The notes under the pieces: model-generated | The model's database searches: none | Seen by the model: the letters and a program-made list of their open reading frames with translations, nothing else | What the model was told of the DNA's origin: nothing | Assembly: GCA_963770795.1 (NCBI GenBank) | Contig: CAVYQR010000002.1 | Span: 1,174,209-1,238,208 of the forward strand | Origin: an uncultured Chloroflexia bacterium | Lineage (GTDB): Bacteria; Chloroflexota; Limnocylindria; Limnocylindrales; CSP1-4 | Length of the DNA: 64,000 nt | Direction of reading: 5' to 3' | Made by a program: the position numbers and the translations under genes | Shown here: positions 46,958 through 56,524 of the stretch, in pieces | Layout of the letters: every line of letters starts with the position of its first letter | How positions within the stretch are numbered: the stretch's first letter is position 1

Positions 46958-49129
46958 CTACTCGACCCGCTGCAGGACGACGACGGAGCGGTCCGTCACC
47001 GGGACGCGCTCGCCGGGAGCGATCGTCTGGCCGTCCTCCGGGAAGGGCTCGGCGGCTCCGGTGTCCAGGACCACACGCCAGCGGCGGCCCCTGCCGAGAG
47101 GGAGCGTCGCCGAGACGCCCTCATCGCGCGCGTTGAACACCAGATAGAAGGAGTCGTCGTGGATCGGCTCGCCGTGCTCGTCGCGGGTCGGGATCGCATC
47201 GCCGGCCAACAGGACCCCGAAGTCGCGCACGTGGTCCTGGCCCCAGTGCTCCTCGGCCATCTCTGCGCCATCCGTCGTGAACCACTCGATGTCCATGAGG
47301 CCGAGGCCGTGGATCGGCCGGCCCTGGAAGAAGCGGCGGCGGCGGAACACGGGATGGTCCCGGCGGAACGCGACCAGGTGGGTCGTGAACGTGAGGAGGT
47401 CCTCGTCGGCGTTCGCCCAGTCGTACCACGAGACGGGGCCGTCCTGGCAGTACGCGTTGTTGTTGCCGCCCTGGCTGCGACCGAGCTCATCCCCGCCCAG
47501 CAGCATGGGCACGCCCTGGGCGAGGAACAGGGTCGCGAGCAGGTTGCGCTGCTGGCGCCGGCGCAGTGCGAGGACCCGGGGGTCGTCCGTCGGGCCCTCT
47601 GCGCCACCGTTCCACGATCGATTGTGCGACTCGCCGTCACGACCATCCTCGCCGTTCGCCTCGTTGTGCTTCTCGTCGTACGCGACCAGGTCGGCCAGCG
47701 GGAACCCGTCGTGCGCGGTGACGAAGTTGATGCTCGCGTGCGGGCGCCGGCCGGTGCCCTCGTACAGGTCCGAGCTCCCGGTCAGGCGGTAGGCAAAGTC
47801 GCTCATGGCACCGGGCTCGCCGCGCCAGAAGTCGCGCACGGTATCGCGAAATCGGCCGTTCCACTCGGACCAGAGGACGGGGAAGTTCCCCACCTGGTAG
47901 CCGCCCTCGCCGACGTCCCACGGCTCCGCGATCAGCTTGACCTGGCTGATGACCGGGTCCTGGTGGATCAGGTCGAAGAACGCTGACAGGCGATCGACCT
48001 CGTGGAGCTCCCGGGCAAGCGTCGAGGCGAGATCGAACCGGAACCCGTCCACGTGCATCTCCAGCACCCAGTAGCGCAGGCTGTCCATGATCAGCTGGAG
48101 CACCTGCGGGTGGCGGACGTTGATCGAGTTCCCGGTCCCCGTGTAGTCCATGTAATGCCGCCGGTCGTCGTTCATCAACCGGTAGTAGGCCCCGTTGTCG
48201 ATGCCCTTGAAGGCCAGCATCGGGCCCAGGTGGTTGCCCTCGGCCGTGTGGTTGTAGACGACGTCGAGGATGACCTCGATGCCGGCCTGGTGGAGGGAGC
48301 GGACCATCGCCTTGAACTCGCCCACCTGGTCGCCTGCCTGGCCCGTGCTCGCGTACTCGTTGTGCGGGGCGAGGAAGCCGATCGAGTTGTAGCCCCAGTA
48401 GTTGCGCAGGCCGCGGTCGACCAGGTGCTGGTCGTGGATGAACTGGTGGACCGGCATCAGCTCCACGGCCGTCACGCCGAGGTTGGTCAGGTACCGGATC
48501 GCGGCGGGGTGGGCGAGCGCGGCATACGTCCCGCGCAGTACCTCGGGGATCTCCGGGTGGGTCATCGTGAACCCGCGGACGTGCGTCTCGTAGATCACGA
48601 CCTGGTACAGGTCGCGCCGCGGCGCCCGGTCCTCGGACCAGTCGAAGAACGGGTTGATGACCACAGACCGGGGAACGTACGGGGCGCTGTCCCGGTCGTC
48701 GCGCTCGTCGGGGGAGCCGAAACGGTACGGGTACACGGCCTCGTGCCAGTCGACCGAACCCTCGATCGCCTTGGCGTACGGATCCAGCAGCAGCTTCGCG
48801 GGGTTGCACCGGAGGCCCAGGTTCGGATCCCACGGGCCGTGGACGCGGAAGCCGTAGCGCTGGCCCGGTGTGACGGTCGGGACGTAGCCGTGCCAGACGT
48901 GGCCGGTGGTCTCGGGCAGGTCGAGCCGCGTCTCAACGCCCTCGGCATCGAACAGGCACAGCTCGACGCGGTCCGCCACCTCGGAGAACAGCGTGAACGA
49001 CGTACCCGAGCCGTCGAACGTCGCGCCCAGCGGGTACGGCCGGCCGGGCCAGATCGGCGGTGCCGGGATCGGGGTCACCGGCCGCGAGCCCGGGGGATCG
49101 GCCGGGTGCTCGTCTGTCGTCACGGCCAC
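46958..49129 (-). CDS. glgX: glycogen debranching enzyme GlgX
   Basis: 723 aa with CBM48 + GH13 catalytic domain. N-terminus PYPLGATFDGSGTSFTLFS typical of GlgX/TreX. Confidence 0.92.
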   Translation of the reverse strand: MAVTTDEHPADPPGSRPVTPIPAPPIWPGRPYPLGATFDGSGTSFTLFSEVADRVELCLFDAEGVETRLDLPETTGHVWHGYVPTVTPGQRYGFRVHGPWDPNLGLRCNPAKLLLDPYAKAIEGSVDWHEAVYPYRFGSPDERDDRDSAPYVPRSVVINPFFDWSEDRAPRRDLYQVVIYETHVRGFTMTHPEIPEVLRGTYAALAHPAAIRYLTNLGVTAVELMPVHQFIHDQHLVDRGLRNYWGYNSIGFLAPHNEYASTGQAGDQVGEFKAMVRSLHQAGIEVILDVVYNHTAEGNHLGPMLAFKGIDNGAYYRLMNDDRRHYMDYTGTGNSINVRHPQVLQLIMDSLRYWVLEMHVDGFRFDLASTLARELHEVDRLSAFFDLIHQDPVISQVKLIAEPWDVGEGGYQVGNFPVLWSEWNGRFRDTVRDFWRGEPGAMSDFAYRLTGSSDLYEGTGRRPHASINFVTAHDGFPLADLVAYDEKHNEANGEDGRDGESHNRSWNGGAEGPTDDPRVLALRRRQQRNLLATLFLAQGVPMLLGGDELGRSQGGNNNAYCQDGPVSWYDWANADEDLLTFTTHLVAFRRDHPVFRRRRFFQGRPIHGLGLMDIEWFTTDGAEMAEEHWGQDHVRDFGVLLAGDAIPTRDEHGEPIHDDSFYLVFNARDEGVSATLPLGRGRRWRVVLDTGAAEPFPEDGQTIAPGERVPVTDRSVVVLQRVE

Positions 49130-49268
49130 CTCCCTTCACTCCTGGGCCCTGGACGGCCGTTCCGAGGATAGCCCGAACCGGCAGATCAGACGTCAGCGCT
49201 ACCACCCGTTCGAGCGCGGCCGTCGCCCGGTGCTACCATTCTCTCCCCGAACGGTGGTTCGGTCCTGT

Positions 49269-49640
49269 GGGGATGCGTGGTTTCGACAGGGCTTGGCTGC
49301 CAGGGAACGCGAGCCGAGGTGCCGCCAGGCCTCGTTAAACAGGCGGCAAAACGAAGTAACTGCCAACAAGCAGCCTGCTCTCGCCCTCGCCGCTTAGGCG
49401 GTAAGGTGAGCGTGGAAGCGGCCTCCCCTTCGCGGGCCGTGGAAGCGTCACTCAGCGAAGGTGCAGCCCGGACGAGGTCGCGTACTCCGGAGCGAAGCCC
49501 GATCTAGGGACACGTGGATGGGCCGGACGGCAGCCTGCCGATGGGCGTCCGACCGGCTGACGAAAATCATCGGACACGCTCGTAGTGGGTCCTGGCGAAG
49601 GGTTCTGGACGGGGAGTTCGACTCTCCCCCATCTCCACCA
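49269..49640 (+). ncRNA. ssrA: tmRNA (SsrA); tag reading frame ends ...ANKQPALALAA-TAG
   Basis: 5' GGGGATGCGTGGTTTCGACAGGG... and 3' ...GGACGGGGAGTTCGACTCTCCCCCATCTCCACCA (T-arm, acceptor stem pairing GGGGATG/CATCTCC, CCA end). Internal ORF ends ALAA-stop. Confidence 0.85.
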
Positions 49641-49743
49641 ACACACTCCCGCCGCGCCGCGGTGCTTCTCCGCATCCCGCCCGCTGTGCGCGAGCCGCGA
49701 CGCGGGCGGAGTCCGATCCTGATCGGAGGCACCGCCAGCCTGT

Positions 49744-52092
49744 TCAGGCGGCCTGTGCGACCGGGACCGCCTCCGGATGCTCGTCACCGAGCGCCAGGTA
49801 CAGCTCCTCCTCCTGCGCCATGTGGAGTCGCAGGATCGCATCCAGGCCGTAGAGCACGCGGCGCAGGTCGTTGAGGTCCTCGGGCCCCGGGCCCTCCTCC
49901 GGGACCTCCGCCACGAGTCGATCCATGAACCGGATCAGGTGGAAGATCTCGGTGTGGGTCCGGTGGAGCGCAGCGGTCGCATCGTCGTTGCCCATCGCGG
50001 TCGAGACAAGCGGGAAGATCTCGCGGTCCTCGTCCTCCTCGTGCGGAATGAGCGTCCCGGTGAGGAACGAGTGAATCTGCTGCAGCTCGTCGCGCGCGCG
50101 CGCAGGCGGCAGCGAACCGAGCCCGTCTGCGAGGGCGCGGATCCGGGCAAGGGACGGCGCGAGCTCGCGGTGCTCGTTGCGCAGACGGATGCTGATCTCC
50201 GTCCAGCCCGGGATCCTGGGGGTCTTCTCGAGGCCACCGGACAGCGCCCGAAGGGCGTTGAGGATCACGATGACGTCGATCACCTCCTGGAGCAGCGCTC
50301 CCGCCACGGGCGGCAACGCCCCCGTCATCGCGAACAGCATCGCGGCGAGGGACAGGCCCATGCCGATCACCACGCTCTGGATGGCGATCAGCCGCGACCG
50401 GCGCGCGATCCGGATTGCCTCGGGCAGCCGGTCCAGGCGGTCCACGGTGATGACGACGTCCGCGGCCTCGGAGCTGGCCGTGGCGCCCCTGGCGCCCATC
50501 GCCACCCCGACGTCCGCGGCCGCCAGTGCTGGCGCGTCGTTGATGCCGTCGCCGACCATCACGAGGATCCCGTCGGCGTCTGCGCGCTCATCCCTGACGG
50601 CATCCACCTTGTCGGCAGGGGTGCGCTCTGCGAGCACGGCGTCGACGCCGATCGCCGCGGCGACCATGTCGGCCACGCCGTAGTGATCCCCGGTCACCAT
50701 GACCGTGCGCCGGACACCAGCGCGCCTGAGCGAGCGGACGACCCTCGGCGTCTCCGGGCGGATCGGGTCATCGAGCACCAGTGCCCCCACCAGCGCACCG
50801 TCCACGGCCACGAAGACGCTCGTGGCGCCATCGAGGCCGACGCGCCGCCGGACGTCCCGTGCCCAGCCGGGCAGGCCGGCCCCTCCGCTGGCAAAGTCCG
50901 GCGTGCCGGCGATGACCGTGCGGCCGCCGACGCGGCCCGACACCCCTGACCCGGGCGTCTCGACTACCTCTTCGGGCAGGATGAGCGCCACGCCGCGCTC
51001 ACGGGCGCCCCCAACGATCGAGGCGGCCAGCACGTGCGGCGAAACCTGCTCCAGGGATGCGGCCAGGGCCACGACCTCGTCCGGGGTCCAGCCGGGCGCC
51101 GTGACGACGTCCGCCAGGTGAGGACGGCCGGCTGTCAGCGTGCCGGTCTTGTCGAACAGGAGGACGCGTGCCCGGCCGAGCGACTCCAGCGCCCCACCGC
51201 CCTTGACGATGATCCCCCGGCGGGCCGCCCTGCTGATCCCGGCCACGATCGCGATCGGCACCGCGAGCAGCAGGGGGCACGGCGTCGCGACCACGAGGAC
51301 CGCCAGCGCTCGAACGGGGTCCCCGGACAGGATCCCCGCCGTGGCGGCCATGCCAAGGGCCACCGGGACGAACAGCAGCGCGTACCGGTCGGCCAGCCGG
51401 ACGAAGGGGGCCTTCGACGATTGCGCCTCCTCGACCAGACGCACGATGCCCGCGTAGGTGCTGTGCTCGGCGGTGGCGGTCGCAAGCAGGTCGAACGGTG
51501 CGCCGGCGTTGACCGTGCCGGAGCTCACCGGGTCGCCGGCCTCGCGCGTGGCCAGGCGCGATTCGCCGGTCAGCGCCGCCTCGTCGAGCACCGCCGGGAC
51601 GCCTGTCACGTTGCCGTCCACCGGGACCACCTCGCCCGGCTTGACCAGGATCCGGTCGCCGACCTCGACGTCCGCGATGGGGTGATCGACGATTGCCCCT
51701 CCCTCGTGGCGATGGACGATGCGTGGAGCACGGGAGATCAGCGCCGAGAGCTCGCGATGCGCCCGGCCGGCGGCGTACCGCTCCAGCGCGTCACCGGTCG
51801 CGAGCATCACCGCGATGACCGACGCCGCGAGAGACTCCCCAAGCAGCAGGGCGCCCCCGATCGCCAGCACGGCGATGATGTCCACGCCGGCCTCGTGCCG
51901 GAGCAGGTCCCCGATGATCGACGCGACCAGCCAGAGGCCAACGATGGCCGCCGGCACCGTCCAGGCCCACCAGGCGAGCGAGTCCTGGCCGACAGCCGTC
52001 GCGGCCAGGCCCAGGATGAGCCCGCCGAGGGTGAGGGGCAGCATGACGCGCTCGGCCAGGGAACCGAGGGCAGAGAGGATTCGGGTCATCAC
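49744..52092 (-). CDS. P1B-5-type heavy-metal P-type ATPase with C-terminal hemerythrin-like domain (no N-terminal metal-binding domain)
   Basis: DKTGTLT phosphorylation site, GDGINDAP hinge, TM4 motif ATPCPL (TPCP type), and a C-terminal ~140-aa H/HxxxE/H/HxxxE hemerythrin-like region. Confidence 0.85.
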   Translation of the reverse strand: MMTRILSALGSLAERVMLPLTLGGLILGLAATAVGQDSLAWWAWTVPAAIVGLWLVASIIGDLLRHEAGVDIIAVLAIGGALLLGESLAASVIAVMLATGDALERYAAGRAHRELSALISRAPRIVHRHEGGAIVDHPIADVEVGDRILVKPGEVVPVDGNVTGVPAVLDEAALTGESRLATREAGDPVSSGTVNAGAPFDLLATATAEHSTYAGIVRLVEEAQSSKAPFVRLADRYALLFVPVALGMAATAGILSGDPVRALAVLVVATPCPLLLAVPIAIVAGISRAARRGIIVKGGGALESLGRARVLLFDKTGTLTAGRPHLADVVTAPGWTPDEVVALAASLEQVSPHVLAASIVGGARERGVALILPEEVVETPGSGVSGRVGGRTVIAGTPDFASGGAGLPGWARDVRRRVGLDGATSVFVAVDGALVGALVLDDPIRPETPRVVRSLRRAGVRRTVMVTGDHYGVADMVAAAIGVDAVLAERTPADKVDAVRDERADADGILVMVGDGINDAPALAAADVGVAMGARGATASSEAADVVITVDRLDRLPEAIRIARRSRLIAIQSVVIGMGLSLAAMLFAMTGALPPVAGALLQEVIDVIVILNALRALSGGLEKTPRIPGWTEISIRLRNEHRELAPSLARIRALADGLGSLPPARARDELQQIHSFLTGTLIPHEEDEDREIFPLVSTAMGNDDATAALHRTHTEIFHLIRFMDRLVAEVPEEGPGPEDLNDLRRVLYGLDAILRLHMAQEEELYLALGDEHPEAVPVAQAA

Positions 52093-52823
52093 GCAATGCT
52101 ATCCCCGGCCCCGGGGTCCGCGACCGTGCCGCTCGGACCGCTTGCCGGGTCGCGGCGGCCCCTCGCCCGGCCGGAGCGGCCCGGGCCCAGCAGGGCTTCC
52201 GTCCATTCGCCGACGCCGCCCCACACGCGGTCCACGCCCGCGGCCCGGAACACCTCCTCCGGCGTGGTCGTGCCGACCGCCACGAATGACGCACCAGCCG
52301 CGCGGGTCATCTCGAGGTCGACCGGCGTGTCACCCACGTACACCGTGGCAGCGGGCCGGACGCCCAGCTCGTCAAGGGCCCGGAGCAGCGCCTCGGGGTG
52401 TGGCTTGGACCTGGCAACGTCGTCCGAGTAGAGGGCCACCTCGAACACCCCGTCCAGGTTCAGCCGCGCGATGCTCGGCTCCACGACGCCCCGCGTGGAC
52501 GCGGTCACCAGGCCCACCCGGATCCCGTGCGACCGGAGCCTGCGGAGCGCGCCCCTCGCCCACGGCATGGCTCGCGGCCGCATCCCGGCCATCTCGTCCG
52601 CCCACCTGCCCGCCATCTCGTCCCAGAGGTGCTCCGGGATCCCCAGCTCCTGGTAGGAGCGGCGCCAGTCCGGCGTGTAGCGCTCCCGGAACCATGCGCG
52701 GCTCATCTCGATGCCGTAGGTGCGGAGGGCCGCCACGTTGGCGCGATAGATCATCGACATCGTGTCCACCAGCGTGCCGTCCCAGTCGAACAGGACGGCC
52801 TCCGGGAGGTGCTGCTTCGTCAC
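52089..52823 (-). CDS. HAD-family hydrolase (phosphatase, DxDGTL motif)
   Basis: LFDWDGTLVD motif I, GDTPVD motif IV. Overlaps ATPase start by 4 nt. Confidence 0.75.
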   Translation of the reverse strand: MTKQHLPEAVLFDWDGTLVDTMSMIYRANVAALRTYGIEMSRAWFRERYTPDWRRSYQELGIPEHLWDEMAGRWADEMAGMRPRAMPWARGALRRLRSHGIRVGLVTASTRGVVEPSIARLNLDGVFEVALYSDDVARSKPHPEALLRALDELGVRPAATVYVGDTPVDLEMTRAAGASFVAVGTTTPEEVFRAAGVDRVWGGVGEWTEALLGPGRSGRARGRRDPASGPSGTVADPGAGDSIA

Positions 52824-52860
52824 GTCCCGATCGTACGGGAGACCGGGCAGGCGCGGGTCC

Positions 52861-53486
52861 CTACCCGGCGATCCCGATCGCCATGGCCGCGACGCCGAAA
52901 GCCCCGATGACCAGCGCCGCCCCCACGTTCAGCGCGCGGACGACGCCCGGTGTGAGCCGGGCGCGGAGCCCGGCGACGACGCCCGTGAGGATCGCCCACC
53001 AGGTCACCGACCCGATGAAGACCCCGGTGACGACCAGCATCGCCCCCGCGGGGCCGCCCGTGCCTGCCCCGATGCTCGCGAACAGCGCGCCGAACGAGAG
53101 GATCGTCGCCGGGTTGGTGAGCGTGAGGGCCACCATCGTCAGGAAGCCCCTCGCCGGGCCGCCGGGGCGGTGGACGTCCTGCTGTGCCTCCGCGACCGGG
53201 TTGCCCAGCGCCGAGCCGAGCGCCCGCACGGCCATCAGCACCAGGATCGCGCCGCCCACGATCCCCAGCGCCCGGTCGATCCCGACCAGGATCTCCGTGA
53301 GCGCGGTAAGCCCGAACGCCGCGATCGCCCCATAGGCGGCGTCGGCAGTCGCGACCCCAAGCCCCGAGACGAACCCGTACGTCCAGCCCCGCTCGATGGT
53401 CCGGCGGATGACCAGCAGGCCGATCGGGCCGAGCGCGAACGCGACGGCAAAGCCGACGGCAAGGCCGCGGACGAAGAGGTCTGTGT
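52861..53486 (-). CDS. LysE/RhtB-family amino-acid exporter
   Basis: Six-TM LysE-type profile. No canonical start near the expected N-terminus (LNTDLFVRGLAVG), so the start is uncertain. Confidence 0.65.
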
Positions 53487-55388
53487 TCAGGGGGCCTCTG
53501 CCGGCGTCGGGGTTGGCGTCGGGGTTGGCGTCGGCTTGGGGGCAGGCTTGGGGGCCGGGCCGGCCGTGCCAACCTGGAGGATGCCGGTGATCGTCGCGTA
53601 GTGGGAGTAGTAGGTCTTCTGGCGGAGGACCTTGCCGCCCTCGTAGACCGTCACCGTGCGCCACACGTCCATGCCGTTGACCGGGTACTCCACGCGCTTG
53701 GTGGTCCCCGTCGGGAGGCTGCTCGTGAGCTGGCGGGTATCCCTCGCGGTGGTCCGGTTCTTGATGGTGGGCTTGGAGATGACGACCTTGCGTCCGGTCG
53801 GGACGCTGTACAGCTTGAACGTGACGTAGCCCTTGCTGCCGCTGCGGGTGTTGATCCCGCGGATCAGGACCGGGTACTTGGTGTCGTTGGTGAAGCTCAT
53901 CGTCTGCGTCGAGCCGCCGTCCGACTTGAACACGGTGGCATCGAGTCCGGCGGGGTAGCGGTCGATGTAGTAGTAGTGGTTGCGCCGGGCGAGCATCTTC
54001 ATGCCGGACTTGAGCGCCGCGTTGAACAGGGTGGTCGAGCAGGAACAGATGCCGCCCCCGAGCGCGCCCTGTGGCTCCGTCTTGCCGTTGATGATCGCGC
54101 CGCCCTGCTTGAAGCCTTGCGCCTGGCTGACGGTCCCGACGGCCTTCCAGAAGTCGAACGTCTCGCCCGGCCCCACGACGTACCCGTTGATGAGCTTGGC
54201 CGGGATCCAGATGTTGGCCCCGAACCCGTTGTTGACGTAGATCTGGAACCAGGTCGTGTGCTGGCCGACCACCTTCATCTTCGGCGCAGCGGCCTTCGCC
54301 TCCTCGGTGGTCACGCCGGGCTGCGTGGTTGCCACGACGGGCTCCGGCGCCGGCACCTGCGTGCCATCCTGGCGCGCCATCAGCGTGTCAACGACCACCG
54401 CCCGGGTGGCGGCCGTGTCCAGCTTGCGGCCTTCCCGGCTCGACCCGGCGACGACGATCTTGTTGCCGCTGACCTTGAACCCTGCGCTCTGCGCGGTCTG
54501 GTTGACCGCCTTGGCAACGGGCTTGAGGAGAGGGTCGATGCCCGTCTCGTCCAGCACCGGCACGACGCTGCCGTCGGAGGTGGGGGCGAAGGAGATGAGC
54601 TTGCGGATGCTGGCGGCCGGGATGGTCCAGGTCTCGTCGCCGCGAGTCAGCACGAGGTCGGTGGCCATCCTGTCTGCGGCGGCCGTCGCAGCCTCGACCT
54701 CGGCGGTCTCGATGGTCGGCGCGCCGGTCGTGAACGGCACCTCGAGGCGGATCTCAGCCGGGGCTCCGAAGTGGCTGATCGCTGCGACGATCTCGGCAGC
54801 CAGGGCGGTGCGGTCCACGACCCGGCCCGCAATGGACGGGGTGGTCCTGTAGGTCCCGTCATCCTCCACGGCGAGGGTCGCATTCACCGGGTCACGGTCG
54901 ATGGCCTTCGCGACGGCGTCCACCGCCTCGGCGACGAGCGCAGGATCGTGGGTGACGGCGGGCTCGAGCGTGACGCCCCGGATGGCGGTCTGCGGTGCAC
55001 TGATCAGGTCCGCAACGGGACCCCCGCTACGGCCGGCGGCGAGAGCGGCCTCCACCATCGTGGTGGTATCGGGGCCCCGCCCGACCTCTCCGAAGCCGAT
55101 CGTGAAGTCTCCGTCCGGGCCGGCGAGGAGCACCTGCCCCGTCCCCAGCGAGCCGTAGGCGGCCTCGAGGGCCGAGACCGTCGCCTCCGGCGAAAGGCCG
55201 GAGAGATCCGTCTCGCCGACGCTGACGCCGGGCAGGATCCTGCCGGTGAACTGCTGGCCGTAGGCGTACAGGGCACCGCCGCCCGCGCCGGCCACGAGCG
55301 CGACGCCCAGGACGAAGGCGATAACGAAGCGGAGACCCAGGGAGCGGCCGCGGTGACCGGGGGACGCGGGGGTGGGTTCGGTGGTCAT
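53487..55388 (-). CDS. VanW-family protein with peptidoglycan-binding domain and PT-rich C-terminal tail
   Basis: N-terminal TM helix, PG_binding_4-like region, VanW domain (GYVVGPGETFDFWKAVG...GGGICSCSTTLFNAA), C-terminal (PK/PT)n repeat. Confidence 0.8.
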   Translation of the reverse strand: MTTEPTPASPGHRGRSLGLRFVIAFVLGVALVAGAGGGALYAYGQQFTGRILPGVSVGETDLSGLSPEATVSALEAAYGSLGTGQVLLAGPDGDFTIGFGEVGRGPDTTTMVEAALAAGRSGGPVADLISAPQTAIRGVTLEPAVTHDPALVAEAVDAVAKAIDRDPVNATLAVEDDGTYRTTPSIAGRVVDRTALAAEIVAAISHFGAPAEIRLEVPFTTGAPTIETAEVEAATAAADRMATDLVLTRGDETWTIPAASIRKLISFAPTSDGSVVPVLDETGIDPLLKPVAKAVNQTAQSAGFKVSGNKIVVAGSSREGRKLDTAATRAVVVDTLMARQDGTQVPAPEPVVATTQPGVTTEEAKAAAPKMKVVGQHTTWFQIYVNNGFGANIWIPAKLINGYVVGPGETFDFWKAVGTVSQAQGFKQGGAIINGKTEPQGALGGGICSCSTTLFNAALKSGMKMLARRNHYYYIDRYPAGLDATVFKSDGGSTQTMSFTNDTKYPVLIRGINTRSGSKGYVTFKLYSVPTGRKVVISKPTIKNRTTARDTRQLTSSLPTGTTKRVEYPVNGMDVWRTVTVYEGGKVLRQKTYYSHYATITGILQVGTAGPAPKPAPKPTPTPTPTPTPAEAP

Positions 55389-55515
55389 TGATGCTCTCGA
55401 GTACGGCGGGTCGTCACCGGGACGGGTGGTCGGCTCCGGGGGCTATCGTCGCGCATCAACGCGTGCGCGTCACCCCCTGGATCCCATCAGGCCCCGTCGT
55501 GACGCCCAGTGGCGG

Positions 55516-56523
55516 CTAGACGTTGCGCGGCAGGACCACCACGCGCCTGTTCGGCTCCTCGCCGATCGACTGGGTGGACACGTCCGCGTTGTCGCGCAGG
55601 GCAAGGTGGATCCAGCGCCGCTCGAGGGCGGGCATCGGCTCCAGCTGGAGCATCTTGCCGGTCTCGACGACACGCTGGGCGGCGCGTTCCGCGAGGTCTG
55701 CCAGCTGCCGCTCACGACGGCCGCGGTAGTCCTCGACGTCCACGAGCACACGGGTCCACTGGCCCGTACGGCGGGAGAGCATCAGGTTCACGAGGTGCTG
55801 GAGCGCCGACAGGCGCTCCCCCTTGCGGCCGATGAGGGAGCCCAGGGCCTCACGGTCGGCGCCGTCGCCGATGACGTTGAGCCGGCTGGTCTCGCCCTCG
55901 CGGATCTCCACCGTGACGCCCTCGAAGCCGAGGTGACCCATGAGCGTCTCGAGGATCTCGCGCCCGGCGGCGAGCGCCTCGGGCGAAGCCTCCGCAGCCT
56001 CGAGTTCCGCCCGCTCCATCGCGAGCGAGCCGCGAGCGGTGGCCACCTGCGCGGCCTCGGCCGCGGTCAGCTCCGAGGGGCTGCGGCCGGGAACGTCGGC
56101 GGGTCGATCGTCGCGGCGGGGGGGCCGGTCGTCACGCCGGGGGCCGCGGTCGTCACGGCGCGGAGGCCTGCCGCCTGCCGGGCGGTCATCGCGGCGGGGG
56201 CCGCGGTCACGATCGGGTGGTCGCGGGCCGCGGTCACGATCGGGTGGTCGCGGGCCGCGGTCGGCATCGCCGCGATCCTCGCTGGGGCGCGGCGCCGGAA
56301 GCGGCTTCGCCTGGGCTGCCTCCCGCTTTGGCGCGGCCCCGCCGAGGGCGCTGCGGGGCGCGGCGACAATCCGGGCGAGCTCGGCGCCCATGCCCAGCAC
56401 GCCGCGACTGCCGGGCGTGAGGATCTCGAAGTCGAGATCGCCCAGTCCCACTGAGAACTCGTCGCAGGCGAGCTTGATGGCCTCCTCGACCGATTTGCCG
56501 GTGAACTCCTGGTATTCGCTCAT
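55516..56523 (-). CDS. jag: Jag/KhpB RNA-binding protein (Jag_N, KH, R3H) with Arg/Asp-rich repeat linker
   Basis: MSEYQEFTGKSVEEAIKLACDEF Jag N-domain, C-terminal KH/R3H (LIGRKGERLSALQHLVN). Downstream of yidC. Confidence 0.85.
   Translation of the reverse strand: MSEYQEFTGKSVEEAIKLACDEFSVGLGDLDFEILTPGSRGVLGMGAELARIVAAPRSALGGAAPKREAAQAKPLPAPRPSEDRGDADRGPRPPDRDRGPRPPDRDRGPRRDDRPAGGRPPRRDDRGPRRDDRPPRRDDRPADVPGRSPSELTAAEAAQVATARGSLAMERAELEAAEASPEALAAGREILETLMGHLGFEGVTVEIREGETSRLNVIGDGADREALGSLIGRKGERLSALQHLVNLMLSRRTGQWTRVLVDVEDYRGRRERQLADLAERAAQRVVETGKMLQLEPMPALERRWIHLALRDNADVSTQSIGEEPNRRVVVLPRNV
56200..56270. repeat. 27-bp tandem repeat (x2.6) inside jag encoding DRGPRPPDR units
   Basis: GCCGCGGTCACGATCGGGTGGTCGCGG repeated directly. 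Confidence 0.7.
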
Positions 56524-56524
56524 G

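Noticed and set aside
49641-55400. Possible genomic island integrated at the 3' end of tmRNA
   Set aside because: No integrase or recombinase gene and no obvious direct repeat of the tmRNA 3' end were seen downstream. The accessory character of the genes is suggestive only.
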